The position numbers and the translations under genes were made by a program. Positions 59,601-64,000 of a stretch of 64,000 nucleotides of DNA are shown here, piece after piece (positions within the stretch are counted from its first letter, which is position 1; each line of letters opens with the position of its first letter). The DNA is from Mytilus californianus (Eukaryota), in NCBI RefSeq assembly GCF_021869535.1, contig NW_026262745.1:8494001-8558000 (forward strand), given 5' to 3'. Below the pieces are notes generated by a model that saw nothing but the letters and a program-made list of their open reading frames with translations, was not told where the DNA came from and did not search any database.

Positions 59601-62211
59601 TAAGGACAGACATGGCTAACATAATAAGCCCCAGCCATGTAATGTAAGGGACATTAAAACTCTCAGTTAGATAATGAATGGTGACCCCTTTGTGCAAGAT
59701 TTTTGATTTTTTAGGTTAAATTTACATCCTCAAATATTTTTTGGACACCTGCAGCTTGCCGACTGTTGTTCAAGACTGTATGTTACCTTTTCAAAGACTT
59801 TTAGTTGTTGGTGTTGTTGGGTTGCTGTTTCTTTGACAAATATATACCCAAAGTTCTCCCAATAAATTTTCAAACATCACCATGTTTATAAAACATCTGA
59901 TTATAAACTTTATACAGCCCTGGGGGGGATATACCCACATCTCTTTTTTATTCATACTGAAAACAAAAGTTTCACGATGAAATTTTCAGTAATGGACAAG
60001 CTTACACTTTTTGTGCATAATATATTACAGATTTTAGAACCAGTAAATATCATTTGGCATTTTATTCAATAACGGACATACATACGTATTGCATAAAATA
60101 TGCATACTGCTGTTATCTTCACAAATTCTTGTTCAATTCAATTAACTTGAATCAAGACAGAGAAATAATGACTTTTCTGTTTTCTAAAGCATCTACATGT
60201 TTAAGGCAAATCTAATCTGGCTAAAAAATACTTGTCTTTAAAAGGACTCATAAATTAGGTTTATAAATTTTGAAAATAAAAGTCTGTGCTCCTCTTCAAA
60301 ACAGTACATGTATTTGTTTTCAAATGACAGTTATATAAGTCTTGATAAGTTCAGATTCATAGAAGGATGAAGGGCTCCTATATCTATATTTATGGGCATT
60401 AAGTACAATAGAATACATTGTCAATCTAATTAAAATTAGATCTTCCATCTCATTCACTTGTAACTTGTTTATCATGTTTTTTTTGTGTGTCATAGGATAC
60501 CTCATATCCTTTGTTTATCCATTATATCACACAGAAATGCTTTTTGTTGCTACAATGATATATCTGCCTTTTTATAGCCTTCATATTTTCCAACTGAGAT
60601 TCTGTTTAAACATGTTAATCAACAATTTTATTTTAAATTCTCAAATTCTGACGCCAACTAGAACATGACCAATATATTTTACATAATTCATTGGTAATTA
60701 CTTTTCATTTTCCTCGATTGCAATAACATCAAGACCTTTTTTAATTTTACTTTTAGAAATTTTCTAAAACATTTGCAGGAAAGCAATTGCCTTCTATAGA
60801 AAATAGTTCATTTATCAATTAAATGATGTCCATCTCTATTAAATTTATATCTTACAAAATCCTATTAAATATTAAAACTTAGGAAAACATTTTCAGTTCA
60901 ACAGTAAATACATTTGAAGTTAATCTCCAGACTTAACTAATTCTGTACACGAAATTTCTATGTATACTACATTCATTAATTTAACCAACTCGATTTTTCC
61001 TATTTCTATTCTTTAACCACTCCGCTAGAGCCTCGCAGATCGATAACCAATCACACGCGCGCCTAATTACCTTTAATCAGATGATTAAAAACAATAACTG
61101 TCCACTTCGTACCTGTCTTTTTATCGTATGTGCATGTTATCGATTTAATTCTATAAATAGATACTGCTTAGCACTGCAATTTACCTACAACTTCATTCAA
61201 CCATAACATCACTTTGGTTCCTACACTTTGACCTTTGTCATTAACATATTCACCACACACCAATATTTGCAAAATATTTCTAAAACAGTTTTTTTTGCCC
61301 TCAGGATTATTATAGTGCAAGCGATAAGTAACCCTCATTGTCCAGACCCAATCAATCATCTTATCTATGTCACACTTCACAAAGAGCCAATAACTTTTAC
61401 ACCAAACAAATTGCATAAACTCTGGAAATACATTTCAAACTTCTGTTTTATTCGTCTATCGAAATATTTTATTTGCTCTAAACGATTTTTGCTTCTTGCA
61501 CACATACAATGTTAAATCAAGTCCACGTCCAAGGAAATGTGTCATGCGTTCCAAATATGGTAGTTAGACGATAAAAACACACAGATAATAGATCGTAATT
61601 AATCCCCGTTTATTTCATTATTTTCTTACAATCATTTTTCACATTACAAAAAAATAATATTTCTTTCGAAAAACTTTCTTTTCAAAGGTTCTCTCTCCTA
61701 TCATTTGAATGGCAGTAGAGAACAGGCATGTCCAATTTTTGACCAGAAATTGAAAATAATGTAGTAAATAACTGCAAATATTACAAGATGGCGTACATTT
61801 GGGTCTGGCTATTTTGTTAAGCTGTATAGAATGTTATGTACAACGAACATCGACATGAAGGCAGTTTTTACACGTAGAAAATGTTCAGGGCTCATACAAA
61901 ACTGAAGATATGCACAAACTGGGAAGAGGATTCCCCACTCCAAAAAGAGTGAAATAGACTCAAGAATGAATTAACTTTTGTTTGATTTTGAAAGAAAAAG
62001 ATATTTTTATGAAATTAACACAGTATTTTAATTTTTGTCAACTCACCAGTGACTTTTTCAGTAAATCTGCATAGGAAAACTCTGAGCACTGTTGTTCGTT
62101 CGGAGTGTTGAGGGACAAACTGAAACGGACAGTTGGAGGGTCCTTTTTCGACTTTTTATCCTTCTCTGAATTAGTAACAGTGGTAAATGGAAGTCTCTTG
62201 GGTTCCGTCAT
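35623..62211 (-). CDS. UBN1: Ubinuclein (UBN1/UBN2/yemanuclein ortholog; HIRA-complex H3.3 chaperone subunit), at least 15 coding exons, roughly 1150-1200 aa
   Basis: Phase-consistent GT-AG exons: 62211-62047, 56554-56456, 55905-55798, 55350-55207, 54410-54357, 53995-53883, 53211-52878, 51788-51721, 50951-50782, 48421-48364, 44776-44600, 40852-40709, 39834-39787, 39207-37589, 35709-35623. Diagnostic segments: [14 protein letters not shown]; [23 protein letters not shown]; HUN domain [41 protein letters not shown]; middle domain [48 protein letters not shown]. Terminal exon unresolved. Confidence 0.93.
36588..37630 (-). repeat. 45-bp minisatellite, 23 units, each containing the exon 3' end plus a GT donor
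   Basis: Minus-strand unit CTACAGTAAAATCACTGCTACACAACAGCATACCTCAGGGTAAGT. Donor-containing motifs start on + at 36589, 36634 ... 37584 with 45-nt spacing, except three indel units (43, 54, 43). Confidence 0.97.
37589..39207 (-). CDS. UBN1: Ubinuclein large low-complexity (S/P/Q-rich) exon, drawn to the first donor of the 45-bp array
   Basis: Acceptor ttttcag ends at 39208 (phase 2). Open for 1619 nt to CCTCAGG|GTAAGT (phase 1), which matches the phase of exon 35709-35623. Confidence 0.85.
40328..40451. repeat. 40-bp tandem repeat, about 3 copies
   Basis: ctacctgaaagcattcaaaatccaggccattcaatcttgt repeated. Confidence 0.9.
40893..42400. mobile_element. Satellite-bearing non-autonomous element: 126-136-bp units with a 396-bp higher-order repeat, followed by a 35-bp array (42160-42385)
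   Basis: Unit starts at 41125, 41261, 41387, 41522 and 41657. The ORF-track translations at 41212 and 41608 are identical, offset by 396. Confidence 0.8.
42500..43492. mobile_element. Helentron-type element with a roughly 160-bp array and GAC microsatellite end
   Basis: Repeated gatatggaaccttgtagtacaatttcagaaagatccatacact units, ending in ggacgacgacgacgacgacgcc. Confidence 0.7.
45405..48052. mobile_element. 2.65-kb non-autonomous DNA transposon with TGT..ACA termini (Ginger-like), hosting a nested Helentron-type element
   Basis: TGTAACACTC (45405-14) and GAGTGTTACA (48043-52), TATA on both flanks, and multiple subterminal AAACGTGTCC/GGACACGTTT repeats at both ends. Confidence 0.8.
46115..47420 (-). 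mobile_element. Helentron-type element with a roughly 505-bp internal duplication; fragment of the same family at about 19400-19720
   Basis: gactataaagggcaataact at 46365 and 46870. GAC microsatellite. Terminal agctcac..ggccctttgggcc..gtgagct hairpin structure. Confidence 0.75.
49043..50433. mobile_element. CAGGGG..CCCCTG element (hAT- or P-like ends) with 6-bp flanking duplication and a nested TTAA-type MITE (49240-49814)
   Basis: CAGGGGTTCAAATT and AATTTTAACCCCTG termini. ATATTT at 49037-42 and 50434-39. Nested element ttaa-TGGAGAAGGTCCGATAAG..CTTACCGGACCTACTTCT-ttac. Confidence 0.7.
55207..56554 (-). CDS. UBN1: Ubinuclein exons 2-4 (HRD/HUN domain region)
   Basis: Exons 56554-56456, 55905-55798 and 55350-55207, all phase 0, give [33 protein letters not shown]. 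Confidence 0.93.
56577..56871 (-). mobile_element. Short Helentron-type element abutting the ubinuclein exon 2 acceptor
   Basis: aacaagtgaaactgc..tgatgatacccccgcc head, GACG/GATG microsatellite, and ..gcggaggtataat end. Confidence 0.65.
58188..58742. repeat. 41-bp minisatellite, about 13.5 copies, in ubinuclein intron 1
   Basis: Unit ttatactgttaaatgccaaggaaatttacaagttttctggt with single-base variants. Confidence 0.95.
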
Positions 62212-62293
62212 GTTGTCCACTCAAAAGATCCTTTGTCGCAAACACTTTCTTCGTACAAAACTCTGCATTACTGTCACGAATCTAGCAAATCTA

Positions 62294-62319
62294 CCGCCAT
62301 TTTGTTATATTTGACGTCA
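62294..62319 (-). promoter_or_regulatory. YY1-like motif (CCGCCATTTTG) and CRE (TGACGTCA) upstream of ubinuclein
   Basis: Motifs at 62294-62304 and 62312-62319, 80-110 bp upstream of the start codon. This arrangement is common at housekeeping-gene starts. Confidence 0.5.
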
Positions 62320-63629
62320 TTCGACTTTTGACCCCCTGTCATTGGAAGAGTCCAATATTGTATAGTGTATTCAGTAAGTATTTTCCCGTTTTGAATAAGA
62401 AAAAAAATGCTGCATTTGAAAAAAATAAGTTCAGAAGTATATTTTCTTCATTATTTTAGGTAATTATCACCATTATTTTAATACTATCATAACAAAAATA
62501 ATTTAAACTATATAATTTACTTTACCCGCACACCTGTAGGTGGTATTGTCCAAAACTTTTCAGGAAACCCCGATCTAAAAATATGTAAAACGGTCTTTTC
62601 CCGTTTTCATATACAACAAGTTTTAGGAAATCTTGTTTTTCCACTGGTTCCGAGGAAATTTTAAAGTTAATTTAAACATATGGCAGTAAAACAAGTATAT
62701 AAATTGATCAAATTTTGATGTAATGTATTTTTACAACTGAAAACAATTCAAATCCACAAAAAACAGTACCAACATTGAACATTTACTTAGATATCATGGC
62801 AAGAAATAACTATACAATCTTTTGCTCTTCGATCGACATTTCAGAATTTTGAGTACAATTTCAAGCTGGCCTATCAATTTTTCCAGCACTTTTATCAGTT
62901 AATCTTTTTTTCGACCCAAGCGAGCCCTGACTCAGTTGCGTGACCAGTGATGGTTTCTGTTTTTCTTCTTTTTTTTTCTGCTGGAAGGGATGGACTACTC
63001 ACTGGCACTTTCGCAAATATCAATCATCACAGGTTAGATCAGTCTTAATATCACAACAAAAACGTACAGCATGACCAGTGGATATTATCCATCGAAGCAT
63101 TACCAGAAACGGAACAGTTTTATAAACTAACGTGACGGTACCCAATTTGCACCTATTTTGACGGTTTTTTCACCTACGTTTATTTATGATCCAGACAAAA
63201 GTTTTCATTCTGTGTTTATTTTGTAGAAAGTGTCATTATTGCGTATATGGTTCCACTAATTTAATTTTGAATCCATATTGAATCATAGAAAAATGGGTTT
63301 CAACAGACCTCCAAACGATTGGTATGATTGCCAATGAGACAAGTATCCACCAAAGTTCAAATGAAGTGGATTTAAGCAACTATAGGCAACAATGAGAAAA
63401 ACCCATACCGTATAGTCGGCAATAAACGGCCCCGACATGAAAAATATGAAACAATTCAATTGAGAAAACTAACGGCCTAATTTATAACAAAACAATTTAC
63501 GAAAAACAAATATGACAGACATGAACCAACGACAACCACTGAACTACAGGCTACTGATTTGGGACAGGCACATAAAGAATGTGGCGGGGTTAAACATGTT
63601 TGTGAGCACACTGCCAGCATAGACTCTAT

Positions 63630-64000
63630 CGTCACATGCACGCGGAAATTAATGAAATCAAGATATCAGAAAAGGTCGCAAACAAATTATTTGAAAACAT
63701 CAACCTTAAGCTACAGGTTCAGATCATCTTAGCCTCCATTCATCACACTGGTCTTTCAAAAATCAATTATTACACACAAACTATAGACGGACTGAAAACA
63801 TGCATACGTGTATCTGTCCTGCATTAAAAAAAAGACAAACACAATGCCATCAATTACAGACCAATCTCACCAACATGTATATTTTGTAAAATAATGGAAC
63901 ACATCAGATAGCTAGTCAAATAATGAACCACCTTGAGAAAAAAAACATGTAATATACGATCTGCAACATATATTTCGATCAAAACGCTTATGCGAGACAC
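63630..64000 (+). mobile_element. Degenerate CR1/L2-type LINE ORF2 fragment, truncated by the window edge
   Basis: KKDK.NAINYRPIS.TCIFCKIMEHI..SQIMNHLEK..QH.FRSKRLCET in broken frames. Confidence 0.8.

Overview
AT-rich eukaryotic (animal) genomic DNA, most likely a bivalve mollusc such as Mytilus (inferred from the repeat families and the intronless RING-B-box-B-box-coiled-coil-propeller TRIM genes). Four genes are supported. (1) An intact intronless TRIM gene (4397-6382, minus). (2) A paralogous TRIM pseudogene (15640-17653, minus). (3) A four-exon peroxiredoxin-like-2 (PRXL2C/AAED1, SelU-type) selenoprotein gene (17967-24137, plus). It is invisible in the ORF track because an in-frame TGA encodes Sec in a UxxC motif, and a canonical form-2 SECIS lies in its 3' UTR (24304-24366). 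(4) A ubinuclein (HIRA histone-chaperone subunit) gene with at least 15 exons on the minus strand (62211 to at least 35623). The rest is Helentron-type non-autonomous elements carrying satellite arrays, MITEs of several superfamilies, and LINE and Penelope remnants. Main unexpected observations: the hidden selenoprotein; a 25-nt frameshifting insertion in the TRIM pseudogene that contains an exact 21-nt copy of the selenoprotein's Sec-codon region 1.5 kb away; a 10-bp hairpin around the UGA that forms only after splicing; and a 45-bp minisatellite in ubinuclein that multiplies the exon end plus its 5' splice site 23 times, the first 15 in frame. All coordinates and translations were derived by hand. 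No database search was run.
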